DNA of 64,000 nt from the NCBI GenBank assembly GCA_965218095.1, contig OZ244587.1:2912001-2976000 (forward strand), written 5' to 3'. Shown one piece after another: positions 9,543-19,882 of this stretch (within the stretch, counting starts at the first letter, position 1; each line of letters opens with the position of its first letter). The stretch comes from Candidatus Poribacteria bacterium (GTDB taxonomy: Bacteria > Poribacteria > WGA-4E > PCPOR2b). Position numbers and translations under genes: made by a program. Below the pieces are notes generated by a model. That model was not told where the DNA came from. It did no database searches and saw only the letters and a program-made list of their open reading frames with translations.

Positions 9543-12503
9543 ATGTATCAGAGCGGACACGCTCTCATTCAAATATCCGTTTTCGTATTGATTCTCGGTT
9601 TGGCCGTCTCCACAGGTTGGGCAGGTTATAAACGTATTAATGAACCGAACCCGGCGGATCTGATGTCTGTCCAGATTTATCAATTGGACAACGGGCTAAC
9701 GGTCTATCTCACTGAGAATCATGAAGAACCACGTTTCTATGCAGAGATTGCTGTCCGTGCTGGCAGCAAGCATGACTCGCCAGAGGCAACCGGTATCGCG
9801 CACTATCTGGAACACATGCTCTTTAAGGGGAATCAGAATTTCGGCGCCCTTGATTACGACAAAGAGAAACCGCATCTGGACAAAATTACTGAACTCTATG
9901 AGCAGCATTTCCACGAAACCGATCCGGAAAAGCGAGCGGAAATCTACGCCGCGATAAACCAGGCATCTCAGCTCGCTGCTCAATACGGTATTCCGAACGA
10001 ACTAGATAAGCTTTACACCGCGATGGGTGGACGCGCCGTGAATGCACATACCTGGGTGGAAGAGACAGTTTACAGAGTAGATTTGCCCGCCAACTGTCTG
10101 AAACAGTGGGCTACGATTGAGTCTGATCGCTTCGTCAATCCGGTCTTTCGTCTCTTCCAGACCGAATTAGAGACTGTTTATGAGGAAAAGAACAGGTCAC
10201 TGGATAATAAAGGACGTATCATCAGTGAAGCTGTCAGTAAACTGCTTTATAAGAATCACCCTTATGGACGCCAGACAACCCTTGGTTCGGTTGAGCATCT
10301 GAAGAATCCGTCCCTGAAAAAGATGTACGAATTCTACCATACCTACTATGTGCCGAATAACATGGCAATCCACATCTCCGGTGACATCGATATCGAAGAA
10401 ACCATTCGCATTATCGATGAACATTTTTCGCGGTGGCAGCCGAAAGATTTGCCGGAAGCCAAAACGTGGGAAGAACAATCACTCCAGGGCCCCGAACGTG
10501 TCACCGTCAAATATCAAGGCGAGGAATATGTCCTGCTTGCGTTCCGGATGGCTGGCCGCAATCACCCTGATGCGGAAGCCTTGAAACTCATCGACATGAC
10601 CCTGGATAACGCGACTGCCGGACTCATCAACCTGAACCTCAATCAGCAGCAAAAAGTTCGGCAGGCGGGTTCGTACCCCCGCTTGGACAATGACTATGGC
10701 GTACAATACCTGTGGGGCATTCCTAAGGAGGGACAGTCTCTCGAAGAGGTTGAACAACTCCTCCTGGATCAGATTGAACTGATTAAAAAGGGCGAGTTTG
10801 AAGCATGGATCATCTCGGCCATTGTTACCGACTTCAAAAAAAATCAGAAAGCGCAGTTGGAGTCGAATGGCGCCAGAGCCAGTATCATGCGTAATTCTTT
10901 CTTGGCTCATCAGGATTGGAATTACACTGTTGACGAAATCGCCCGGATGGAAAAGCTGACCAGGCAAGAGCTCGTTGAGGTAGCTAACCGATACTTCGGC
11001 GACAACTATGTAGCCGGTTATCGTGTGGATGAGCAGCACGAAGTTCCCTCTATTGAGAAACCTGCGCTCGACAAAATCGAGATTGACCCCACGCGACAAT
11101 CCGCCTTTGCCCGGAAAATCTTGGCGATGCCTGTGCAAGAGATCGACCCCGTCTTTGTCGATCCGGAAAGAGATTACCAGATCGCCAATTATCACGATGG
11201 CGTCAAGCTATATTATTCCCAAAACCCAATCAACGACCTCTCTATGTTTACAATCTCCATCGATATCGGAACCCGTCACAATAATAAGCTGGGTATAGCC
11301 GAGCAGTTACTCGATAAATCCGGCACTCCAAAATACAGTTCGGAAGACTTAAAAAAGGAGTGGTATAAGCTCGGAACCGATTTCAGCACCGATGTCGGCG
11401 CCAACGAGACTACCATCGCTATCTCAGGACTTGACGAAAACTTTGGCGCGTCTTTGGCGTTGCTCATGGATTATCTGAAGCATCCAATCGCCGACGAAGC
11501 GACCCTGGAGGAACTCATCAAAATCATCCTAGTCAACAGGGAAGATGCCAAAAAAGATCCGCGTACCATCTTTAGCGCTCTTGTCAATTACAATCGCTTC
11601 GGCGAAGAATCCCGTTACCTGCGTCTGTTGCCCGCAGAAGAGGTTAAAAAGCTGACAGTTGATGAACTCCACGGATTGATTAAAGGACTTCTCGACTACA
11701 AACACACGATTAGTTATACAGGTTCATTATCCCTGGATGAAGTTCTGGATGTCCTTAAAGAGTATCATTCCATTCCAGGGGCTTTGCAAACGCCGCCGCC
11801 TTACTATTTCCTCAAGGTCCGTGCCTCCGAAGTGACCGAGGTCCTGTTCTTCGACAAAGAGATAGCGCAAGCACGAGTTTACATTGAATTTGGCGACGAG
11901 GAGTATAACGAAGCCAATAATCCAGCCAGCCAACTCTACAATACCTACTTTGACGGGGGGATGTCCGGCGTCGTCTTCCAGGAGTTGCGCGAAGCCCGTG
12001 CGCTTGCTTATGCCGCCGGTGCGAAGTATGCGCTCGGCAGCCGCAAGGGCGAGCAGAATTCGATGTGGGCGTATATCGGCTGTCAGGCAGATAAAACACC
12101 GGAGGCAGTGGAAGCCTTTATTGACCTTATTGATAACCTCCCGGAATCTCCCGAGCGTTTTGAGGAGGCGCGCCAATTCAGAATCAATCGCTACCGCACT
12201 GCTAAAATTGGGTTCCGGGGTGTCATTGGCGCAGTGCGCTCTTGGGAGCGTTTGGAGGCGCCGATTGATCCGCGAAAATCCCGCTATGAACAGATTCAAC
12301 AGTCCAATATAGACTTGATGCTCCAATTCCATAAGGCGCGCATACAAAACCGGCCCAAGCTCATCTCCATTGTTGGAGGCCAGAACAAGATTGATATGGA
12401 AAGGTTAGCACAAGTCGGTCAGGTAATTGAAGTTGGGCTGGAAGATATCTTTATTGATGTTACCCCACCACAGTCTCCCGGCGAACCGACCCCTGAAGAT
12501 TGA
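9543..12503 (+). CDS. Exported M16 (insulinase-family) zinc peptidase
   Basis: Signal peptide, HYLEH inverted zincin motif, LREARALAY. Confidence 0.93.
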   Translation: MYQSGHALIQISVFVLILGLAVSTGWAGYKRINEPNPADLMSVQIYQLDNGLTVYLTENHEEPRFYAEIAVRAGSKHDSPEATGIAHYLEHMLFKGNQNFGALDYDKEKPHLDKITELYEQHFHETDPEKRAEIYAAINQASQLAAQYGIPNELDKLYTAMGGRAVNAHTWVEETVYRVDLPANCLKQWATIESDRFVNPVFRLFQTELETVYEEKNRSLDNKGRIISEAVSKLLYKNHPYGRQTTLGSVEHLKNPSLKKMYEFYHTYYVPNNMAIHISGDIDIEETIRIIDEHFSRWQPKDLPEAKTWEEQSLQGPERVTVKYQGEEYVLLAFRMAGRNHPDAEALKLIDMTLDNATAGLINLNLNQQQKVRQAGSYPRLDNDYGVQYLWGIPKEGQSLEEVEQLLLDQIELIKKGEFEAWIISAIVTDFKKNQKAQLESNGARASIMRNSFLAHQDWNYTVDEIARMEKLTRQELVEVANRYFGDNYVAGYRVDEQHEVPSIEKPALDKIEIDPTRQSAFARKILAMPVQEIDPVFVDPERDYQIANYHDGVKLYYSQNPINDLSMFTISIDIGTRHNNKLGIAEQLLDKSGTPKYSSEDLKKEWYKLGTDFSTDVGANETTIAISGLDENFGASLALLMDYLKHPIADEATLEELIKIILVNREDAKKDPRTIFSALVNYNRFGEESRYLRLLPAEEVKKLTVDELHGLIKGLLDYKHTISYTGSLSLDEVLDVLKEYHSIPGALQTPPPYYFLKVRASEVTEVLFFDKEIAQARVYIEFGDEEYNEANNPASQLYNTYFDGGMSGVVFQELREARALAYAAGAKYALGSRKGEQNSMWAYIGCQADKTPEAVEAFIDLIDNLPESPERFEEARQFRINRYRTAKIGFRGVIGAVRSWERLEAPIDPRKSRYEQIQQSNIDLMLQFHKARIQNRPKLISIVGGQNKIDMERLAQVGQVIEVGLEDIFIDVTPPQSPGEPTPED

Positions 12504-12886
12504 TTAACGGAAAATGAAATTGCATAGCGCATTGCTGCACAGGTCGTATGCCTCACGCATTATGAAACAGATTACTCTCCATTCTGGATCAAGGGCGCGG
12601 GTCGTCATTTCAAGGTGAATCTAAAGTGTGTCGAAGGGAAGGGTGTACCTATTTTTCTAGGGACAGCCGATCAGTACAGGCGCTTTATTAAAACGCTGTT
12701 TGATATAATGAGAGAAGGGGCTGTGTTTGTAACGATAGAGGAGATCGTAGAGAATATGCAGGCAAAAACCGCAGGTGGGCAGGTGAGACCATGAGAAAGT
12801 GAGCCAGACCAAAGAGTCGTTCTTTTGTCTAATCTCACTTTCACCCGCGCTCACTTTCCCACTTTCTCTCCCCAAAAGGAGGTTTT

Positions 12887-15800
12887 ATGATGTTGCGTGC
12901 CCCGATAAGATCGGTTCCGAGAAGCTCGGAATCTCGCAGTTCGCTAGAGAGATTGAAACCAACTTGTATTGGCTTTTGCTTTTTCACACTTTCACACCTG
13001 CTCCTCCTCTCACTTTCGGGTTCTAATGTCTCTGCCCAGCAGCCGATTGCTCAAGATGCCTATGCTATCTTTGAGCAAAAGTGCCTCATCTGCCACGGAC
13101 CCGACGGTGCCTATCGAGAGACACTCTTAATTGAGCACACCCCGCTCATCGAAAACGGAACGGTTATGCCGGGAAACCCAGAAGCGTCCGAATTGTATAA
13201 ACGGCTCCTGACCACTGACACAGCCAAACGGATGCCACTTGGATCGCCCCCCCTGTCCGCTCCGGCGATTGACACGATTCGCCGTTGGATTTTAGCTGGC
13301 GCACCCGATTGGGCGGCAATCCCCCCACCCGATAGCCGTTTCATTCCCCCCGGTGAAATACTGGATACCATCGAGAATCATGTGATGTCGCTCACGCCAT
13401 TTGACCGCGCCTTCGCCCGCTATTTTACACTCACACATCTCTATAACGCAGGTGAGACAGCGGAAGTTCTCAAAGAATATCGCAACGGGCTCTCCAAACT
13501 GGTCAACAGCCTCTCATGGGAGCGCGAAGTCACCAACCCACAGTCCATCGACCCACAGGGGACAATCTTCTACATCGACCTCCGACACTATGAGTGGGAT
13601 CGCAATGACGGCTGGACACAGATTGAAGGGGCGTATCCCTATCACATCGCGTTTGATGCGCCAACCGAGACTGCGCTGCGGGAACAACTAACACGGTTAC
13701 AGACAGAGATGGACTGCGATGTGCCGTCGATTCATATCGACTGGTTTCTTGCGACGGCATCTCTGCCACCGCTGTACCACGAGCTGCTTTCTCTGCCATT
13801 GACGGATAGGGAATTAGAGACCCGACTGGAAGTTGATGTAGTCCGCAATCGCCGCGATGCGCCGGGGGTTGATGTCTGGCGGGCGGGATTCAACAATTCG
13901 GGTGTCTCCAATAACAACCGGGTAGTGGAGAGGCATAGCTCTCGATATGGAGCGTATTGGAAAAGCTATGATTTTGCTGGGAATGTTGGCACACAGAACA
14001 TCTTCACCCATCCGCTCAATTTCACGCATGATGGCGGGGAGGTTATCTTTAATCTCCCCAACGGGTTGCAGGGATACTATCTGGTCAATGGGACGGGGTT
14101 CCGGTTGGATGCGGCGCCGATTAAAATCGTTTCCAATCCCGCCGCGAGCGACCCGACCGTCCGCAACGGGCTTTCGTGCATGGGATGCCACACCGAGGGG
14201 ATGAAAACCTTTGAAGATGAGGTGCGTTCGGTGATTGAGGCTAATGCAACCCCAGCTTACGACAAAGCGCAGGCGCTGCGCCTCTACGTCGAACAATCAG
14301 AGATGAATGCCCTCGTGCTTGAAGATATGGACCTCTACCGGCAGGCGCTTGAAGCGACGGGGGGTGTGTTTGGTGGGATTGAACCGATTTCACGTTTCCA
14401 CGAGGCGTTTCAGGGACCGGTGGACGCGGCACATGCCGCCGCCGCGGTTGGGTTAACAACCGAAGCGTTCATCGAAAAGATTCGTGAGAATGTGGGGCTA
14501 CAGAATGTCGGCTTGCTGGTGTTAGATAGTGAGAACGGGCGTGTGAAACGCGACACATGGACATCGAAATTTCTGGCTGTGCTTTTTGCGCTGGATTTCC
14601 CAGAGCAAGTTGAGCCCCCAGAACCGCCGCCTCCGCCTCCGCCGGGCACGGTTGTTCACATCCCGGACCCGAACCTGCGTGCTGCGATTGCAGAGGAACT
14701 TGGTAAAAGCCCCAATGCCCCGATTACTGTGGAGGAGATGGGAAGATTAAAAAGACTTGAGGCACGGAGTAGGGGCATCCGGGAGTTGATAGGACTTCAG
14801 TTTGCAACCAATCTGAACGAGTTAATTTTTGAAGAAAATCAGATTTCCGACCTGTCACCACTTGCGGGATTAATCAACCTGCGCGATCTCACACTTGAGC
14901 GCAACCCCGTATCCGACCTATCTCCCCTGAGGGGCCTAAAAAATCTCACTCGCTTGGGGTTTAGCTATACTTTAGTATCCGATCTGTCGCCGCTTACAGG
15001 ATTAATTAACCTGCGCGATTTTGACTTTCACGACATCCCCGTATCCGATCTGTCACCACTAGCAGGATTAATCAATTTGGAGGATTTAACCTTTGGTGGT
15101 GGCCAAATCGCAAACATATCCAATCTATCACCACTTGCCGGATTAATCAACTTGAAATGGATTCACGCGTGGGGCAACCCCATATCCGATTTATCGCCGC
15201 TGAGAGGATTAACAAAACTGTGGCATCTATATCTTCCCGCTGGAGATATATCAGACCTGACACCTCTGGCAGACTTAACCAGCCTAAAAGAACTATATCT
15301 TGGCCACAACGACATATCGGATATATCACCCCTTGCGGGGTTAACCGGGTTAAATCGTATGAATCTTGACAGAAACGACATATCGGACGTATCCTCGCTT
15401 GCAGGTTTAACCCATTTGGAATGGCTAAATCTTGGTAGGAACAACATATCAAACATATCACCTCTTGCGGATTTAACCAGCCTAAAAGAACTATATCTTG
15501 GCCACAACGACATATCGGATATATCACCCCTTGCGGGGTTAACTAACTTGAAATGGATGGATCTTTCACACAATGACATATTGAACGTAACGCCGCTTGT
15601 GGGTTTGACCAACTTGAAATGGCTAGCGGTCAACCACAACGAAATCTCTGACCTTTCACCTTTGGTGGAGTTACACAAAAATATAACAGTTACTTTCTCC
15701 GACAATCCGGGTTTTCCAAAAGGGGGGCCGAAGATAGAGGGACCATGGCTATGGGTGTTGTTACCGGACAGAGAAATAGATAGCAGCACGGATTTACTAT

Positions 15801-17245
15801 CAGCAGCAAGTGAGGGTGTGGTAACGGAGGTGGGGGTTTCCACCCACGGGGCAACGGAGGGGAAGGCAGTCAGCGATGATGTGTGGACCTCCCACAGACT
15901 CTCACCTACGGGGAGTGATAACATTGGAGATATGCTGAAAGAATCCATCCGTGACGGAGTCCTCTATGGCACTGTGTCTCTCTATTCACCACGGCAACAG
16001 GAAACAACAATATACGTCGGTAGTGAGGACGAGTCAAAGGTCTGGCTCAACGGAGAGTTGATTTACCAGAACCTCCGTAGACGTGGTGCTGATGATTACC
16101 AAGATTTTTCCCTTGTCACGCTAAAGCAGGGGAAAAATGTCTTGTTAGTCGCGGTTGAAATCATTGGTGACAATGGTAGTGTCTTTTTGGGATTTGAACC
16201 AGACACCGACTACGTAGTATCAATGGGTCTTGGCTATACTTTTTCCAAGACACCAATTCATGTCGGCGATACCTTTATCCTCGACATCCGCGCCGAAAAT
16301 GTCTTTGACCTCGCAGGTTGGCAGTTTGATATTGCCTTCGACTCTGCCGCCCTGGAAGCCATTGACGTAGACGAAGGCGATTTCCTAAAATCAGGGGGAG
16401 CGACCTTCTTTCAGGGTGGGCGCATTGAGAACGCAGCCGGTAAAATCACAGGGCTCACCGCGGCTCGGCTAACCAAGCTCGGTGCGAGTGGCAGCGGCAG
16501 CCTGGTTCAGGTAACATTCAAGGCGAAATCCGGCGGCGAAACGGACGTCGCATTGCAAAACTTCCAGTTCGGCGCGATCACCGGGGAAAGCATCCCCGCG
16601 GGCCCGCATGAAATCCGCATCACTGTGGAGGGACAACTTGCGACCGGGGATGTGAATCGAGATGGGCAGGTGAGCATTCTGGATCTGATTCTCGTCGCAC
16701 AGCAGTTGGGGGAAACGGTGCCCACCAACTCGCCGGTGGATGTCAATGGCGATGGTGTTGTCAGCATTCTCGACCTCATCCGCGTGGCAGCGGAGTTCGG
16801 AACGCCCGCCGCGCCGCCGGTTGCAACCATGGGGGGACTGAAAGTGGCAATAGAAGCGTGGATTGCGGATGCACGGTTGGCGGATGACGGTTCGGTTGCC
16901 TTCCAACAGGGTATCGAGAATCTTCAAAAACTGTTAGCCTCGCTGATTCCTGAAGAAACAGCGTTGCACCCAAACTATCCGAATCCGTTTAACCCGGAGA
17001 CGTGGATTCCTTATCATCTCGCTAAGGCTGCCGATGTGCAGATCCATATCTATGATGTGAGGGGCGTGTTGGTGCGTCGATTCGATTTGGGGTATCAGAT
17101 AGCGGGGTATTATGTGGATCGCCCGAAGGCGGCATATTGGGACGGGCGCAACAATAACGGGGAATTGGTCGCCAGTGGGGTCTATTTTTATATGTTGAGC
17201 GCGGGTGATTTTACGGAGACGCGACGGATGGTGATTTTGAAATGA
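12887..17245 (+). CDS. Exported multidomain protein: cytochrome c (2 CxxCH), Pro linker, internalin-like LRRs, cohesin, dockerin, FlgD/T9SS-like C-terminal domain
   Basis: CLICH and CMGCH; PPEPPPPPPP; about 14 22-aa LRRs (NxISDLSPLAGL); DLAGWQFDIAFD; GDVNRDGQVSILDL-type motif twice; NYPNPFNPETWIPY. Confidence 0.9.
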   Translation: MMLRAPIRSVPRSSESRSSLERLKPTCIGFCFFTLSHLLLLSLSGSNVSAQQPIAQDAYAIFEQKCLICHGPDGAYRETLLIEHTPLIENGTVMPGNPEASELYKRLLTTDTAKRMPLGSPPLSAPAIDTIRRWILAGAPDWAAIPPPDSRFIPPGEILDTIENHVMSLTPFDRAFARYFTLTHLYNAGETAEVLKEYRNGLSKLVNSLSWEREVTNPQSIDPQGTIFYIDLRHYEWDRNDGWTQIEGAYPYHIAFDAPTETALREQLTRLQTEMDCDVPSIHIDWFLATASLPPLYHELLSLPLTDRELETRLEVDVVRNRRDAPGVDVWRAGFNNSGVSNNNRVVERHSSRYGAYWKSYDFAGNVGTQNIFTHPLNFTHDGGEVIFNLPNGLQGYYLVNGTGFRLDAAPIKIVSNPAASDPTVRNGLSCMGCHTEGMKTFEDEVRSVIEANATPAYDKAQALRLYVEQSEMNALVLEDMDLYRQALEATGGVFGGIEPISRFHEAFQGPVDAAHAAAAVGLTTEAFIEKIRENVGLQNVGLLVLDSENGRVKRDTWTSKFLAVLFALDFPEQVEPPEPPPPPPPGTVVHIPDPNLRAAIAEELGKSPNAPITVEEMGRLKRLEARSRGIRELIGLQFATNLNELIFEENQISDLSPLAGLINLRDLTLERNPVSDLSPLRGLKNLTRLGFSYTLVSDLSPLTGLINLRDFDFHDIPVSDLSPLAGLINLEDLTFGGGQIANISNLSPLAGLINLKWIHAWGNPISDLSPLRGLTKLWHLYLPAGDISDLTPLADLTSLKELYLGHNDISDISPLAGLTGLNRMNLDRNDISDVSSLAGLTHLEWLNLGRNNISNISPLADLTSLKELYLGHNDISDISPLAGLTNLKWMDLSHNDILNVTPLVGLTNLKWLAVNHNEISDLSPLVELHKNITVTFSDNPGFPKGGPKIEGPWLWVLLPDREIDSSTDLLSAASEGVVTEVGVSTHGATEGKAVSDDVWTSHRLSPTGSDNIGDMLKESIRDGVLYGTVSLYSPRQQETTIYVGSEDESKVWLNGELIYQNLRRRGADDYQDFSLVTLKQGKNVLLVAVEIIGDNGSVFLGFEPDTDYVVSMGLGYTFSKTPIHVGDTFILDIRAENVFDLAGWQFDIAFDSAALEAIDVDEGDFLKSGGATFFQGGRIENAAGKITGLTAARLTKLGASGSGSLVQVTFKAKSGGETDVALQNFQFGAITGESIPAGPHEIRITVEGQLATGDVNRDGQVSILDLILVAQQLGETVPTNSPVDVNGDGVVSILDLIRVAAEFGTPAAPPVATMGGLKVAIEAWIADARLADDGSVAFQQGIENLQKLLASLIPEETALHPNYPNPFNPETWIPYHLAKAADVQIHIYDVRGVLVRRFDLGYQIAGYYVDRPKAAYWDGRNNNGELVASGVYFYMLSAGDFTETRRMVILK

Positions 17246-17496
17246 AAGGCGGAAATATCGTGAATTTCAAAGAGAAGTTGCTCTATATGGGACTTGGTTT
17301 TCTATTCGCTTCAGCGGGTTACATGCTGGCAAACTGGCAGAATACGGTGGATGCGCAGGGACCGCCAATACAGCCACAGGTGATTGATTAGGTGGTTTGC
17401 TGTCAGTTAAGAATCGTTGAGCCGTATGGCAAGACGGTTGTTGAACTGCATGGGCGGGATGAATCTGGTGGCGTAATCGCAGGAATAGCTCGATAA
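17242..17496 (+). pseudogene. Small exported-protein remnant with in-frame TAG
   Basis: ATG overlaps the upstream stop. NFKEKLLYMGLGFLFASAGYMLA...VID*VVCCQLRIVE; TAG at 17389-17391. Confidence 0.45.
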
Positions 17497-17670
17497 ACCC
17501 ATTTCCTCACTTCCCACTTTCTCCTTTTCTAAGGTGTTTGATTTCAAGATGTTGCGACTCAATTCAAGGAAAGTGTAAACTGATTTGCCAGCCACCCCCG
17601 TCAATGCCTTCTAAATCCACAACTTGAGCTATCAAAGCCAACATTTCCCCCATCTGATAGGAGAACGCAA

Positions 17671-19284
17671 ATGGAAGTTCATCAGCCACATACTGACAGA
17701 AGCAATCTCGTGACTTACATAGAAGATCCGGACAGAAAACACCTTTTCCACTACGGGGACGGATTCCTCTATGATCGGCTCCCCAAAGGCACCCGTGTCA
17801 TCTATCCCCCACCGCCGTTAGAGCCAATTGCTGATCCGGACGCAGCCATTGAACACGCGATCGAAAACCCGTTGGGGGTGGACACGCTTGCAGCCCAGCT
17901 TCGTCCTGGCATGAAGGTCACAATTGCATTCGATGATTTATCGTTGCCGCTACCACCAATGAAAGCACCAGATCTCCGCCAACGCACTATCGAAATTGTG
18001 CTGAACCAGCTTGCCGCTGCGGGGATTGACGACATCCACTTGATTGCGGCGTTAGGGCTTCACCGCCGCATGACGCCAGCAGAACTCAAACATGCAGTTG
18101 GCCCGAAAGTTTTCAACCAGTTTCACCCCGATTGCCTCTATAACTTTGACGCGGAAGATCAGGAAAACTTAGCCCTCTTGGGAAAAACAGAGCTTGGCGA
18201 AGAAGTGGAAACCAATCGTCGAATCGCCGAATCTGACATGCTGATTTATGTGAATATCAACCTTGTGGGGATGAATGGTGGATATAAATCCCTGCCGACC
18301 GGCATTAGCAGCTATCGAAGTATTCGTCACCACCACAATACGCAGACCTTGCTGCATACCCGTTCCTTAATGGATGCCCCGAATTCTGTGCTTCATCACG
18401 CCTGCCGACGGATCTGGAAAGTGTTCATGGAGCATCTCAACGTCTTCACGATTGAGACGACCATCAATAGCGCAACTTTCCCGTCACTGTTTGGCTTTCT
18501 TGAAAAACAGGAGTCAACCTATACTCTCTTGGACCGGCTAAATCTCCAGTTCAACAAAACGAGCCTCGATCTGATGCCCAATGCCTTGGCGCGGAAGATT
18601 ATGCACAGTATGCGCGCGCCTTATGGAATGACAGGCGTACATGCAGGACATACCGAGCCGGTTCACGAAAAGACCCTTGAAAATCTTTATAAACAGCAAC
18701 TCGTTCCGGTCAAGGGGCAGGCGGACATTATGATTGCAGGCGTTCCCTATTTGGGACCGTACAACGTCAATTCGATCATGAATCCCATTTTGGTCATGTG
18801 CATGACGCTGGGGTATACCTTTAATTTTTACCGCAACATGCCGCTAGTTCGTCGAGGCGGTGTTGCGATTTTTACCCACCCGGTTGACTACAAATTCCAC
18901 AAGGTGCATCATCCGTCCTACATTGACTTTTTCGAGCAGGTATTAACCCAGACCACCGAGCCCGCTGAAATCGAAAAACAGTTTGAAGAGTCTTTCGCAT
19001 ATAATCCCAGATATATCGAGTTGTACCGGAATTCTTACGCCTTTCACGGTGTTCACCCATTCTACATGTGGTATTGGGGCTGCCACGGGCTCGACCATTT
19101 GGGGAAAGTAATTTTTGTCAAACCCAGAAGCGTTGAGGCAGTCCATCGCATGGGGTTTGACGCGGCACGAAATCTCACTGAAGCCATTGAGATGGCGCAG
19201 AGCGTTGTTGGGGGTTCCGCAGAGATTACATACTATCACTATCCACCCATCTTTATATGCGATATGACCGGTACTGAAACGTAA
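17671..19284 (+). CDS. Lactate racemase (LarA/DUF2088) domain protein
   Basis: VTIAFDD, ALGLHRRMT and GGYKS motifs of the LarA N-terminal domain. Confidence 0.85.
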   Translation: MEVHQPHTDRSNLVTYIEDPDRKHLFHYGDGFLYDRLPKGTRVIYPPPPLEPIADPDAAIEHAIENPLGVDTLAAQLRPGMKVTIAFDDLSLPLPPMKAPDLRQRTIEIVLNQLAAAGIDDIHLIAALGLHRRMTPAELKHAVGPKVFNQFHPDCLYNFDAEDQENLALLGKTELGEEVETNRRIAESDMLIYVNINLVGMNGGYKSLPTGISSYRSIRHHHNTQTLLHTRSLMDAPNSVLHHACRRIWKVFMEHLNVFTIETTINSATFPSLFGFLEKQESTYTLLDRLNLQFNKTSLDLMPNALARKIMHSMRAPYGMTGVHAGHTEPVHEKTLENLYKQQLVPVKGQADIMIAGVPYLGPYNVNSIMNPILVMCMTLGYTFNFYRNMPLVRRGGVAIFTHPVDYKFHKVHHPSYIDFFEQVLTQTTEPAEIEKQFEESFAYNPRYIELYRNSYAFHGVHPFYMWYWGCHGLDHLGKVIFVKPRSVEAVHRMGFDAARNLTEAIEMAQSVVGGSAEITYYHYPPIFICDMTGTET

Positions 19285-19323
19285 AGAAGATTACGCATCA
19301 CGTTTTACGTTTCACACATAACA

Positions 19324-19761
19324 ATGTACACCTACGAATATCCGCGACCTGCCGTAACAGTTGATATTCTACTTTTTGCCGGAGATTCTGCCGATCGGAA
19401 GGTGCTGTTGATTCAGCGCAAAAATCCGCCATTCAAGGACTATTGGGCGTTTCCAGGCGGGTTCATTGAGATGGATGAGTCCCTGGAGGAATCCGCACAA
19501 CGCGAGTTGCGCGAGGAAACTGCGCTCTCCGATGTCCAACTGACCCACCTTGGCGCATTCGGTGCTCTAGACCGTGATCCTCGCGGGCGGGTGATCACGG
19601 TGGCTTACTACGGTGTCATTGATAGCAAACAAGCACGGGTTGCCGCAGGTTCTGACGCCGCCGATGCACGCTGGTTTCCTATTGCCAATCTCCCACTGTT
19701 AGCGTTTGATCACGCGAAAATCCTTACTGCGGCAATTGAGGCACTTGACTTGTCGGCTTAG
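19324..19761 (+). CDS. NUDIX hydrolase
   Basis: Nudix box GGFIEMDESLEESAQRELREET; RDPRG. Confidence 0.95.
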   Translation: MYTYEYPRPAVTVDILLFAGDSADRKVLLIQRKNPPFKDYWAFPGGFIEMDESLEESAQRELREETALSDVQLTHLGAFGALDRDPRGRVITVAYYGVIDSKQARVAAGSDAADARWFPIANLPLLAFDHAKILTAAIEALDLSA

Positions 19762-19882
19762 GGAAAGCTAAAACTGCTTTTGATGCCGCCGCTTGTCCCG
19801 CCACTCACCGCACATCTGTTGGAAATCTCATCGGATACCCACGTTTGATTATTCTCGTTTCAGGTTTTACGCATCACGCTTT

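Noticed and set aside
14800-15665. CRISPR or DGR template/variable repeats
   Set aside because: The 66-bp periodicity is LRR coding; there is no reverse transcriptase and no adenine-specific variation is evident.
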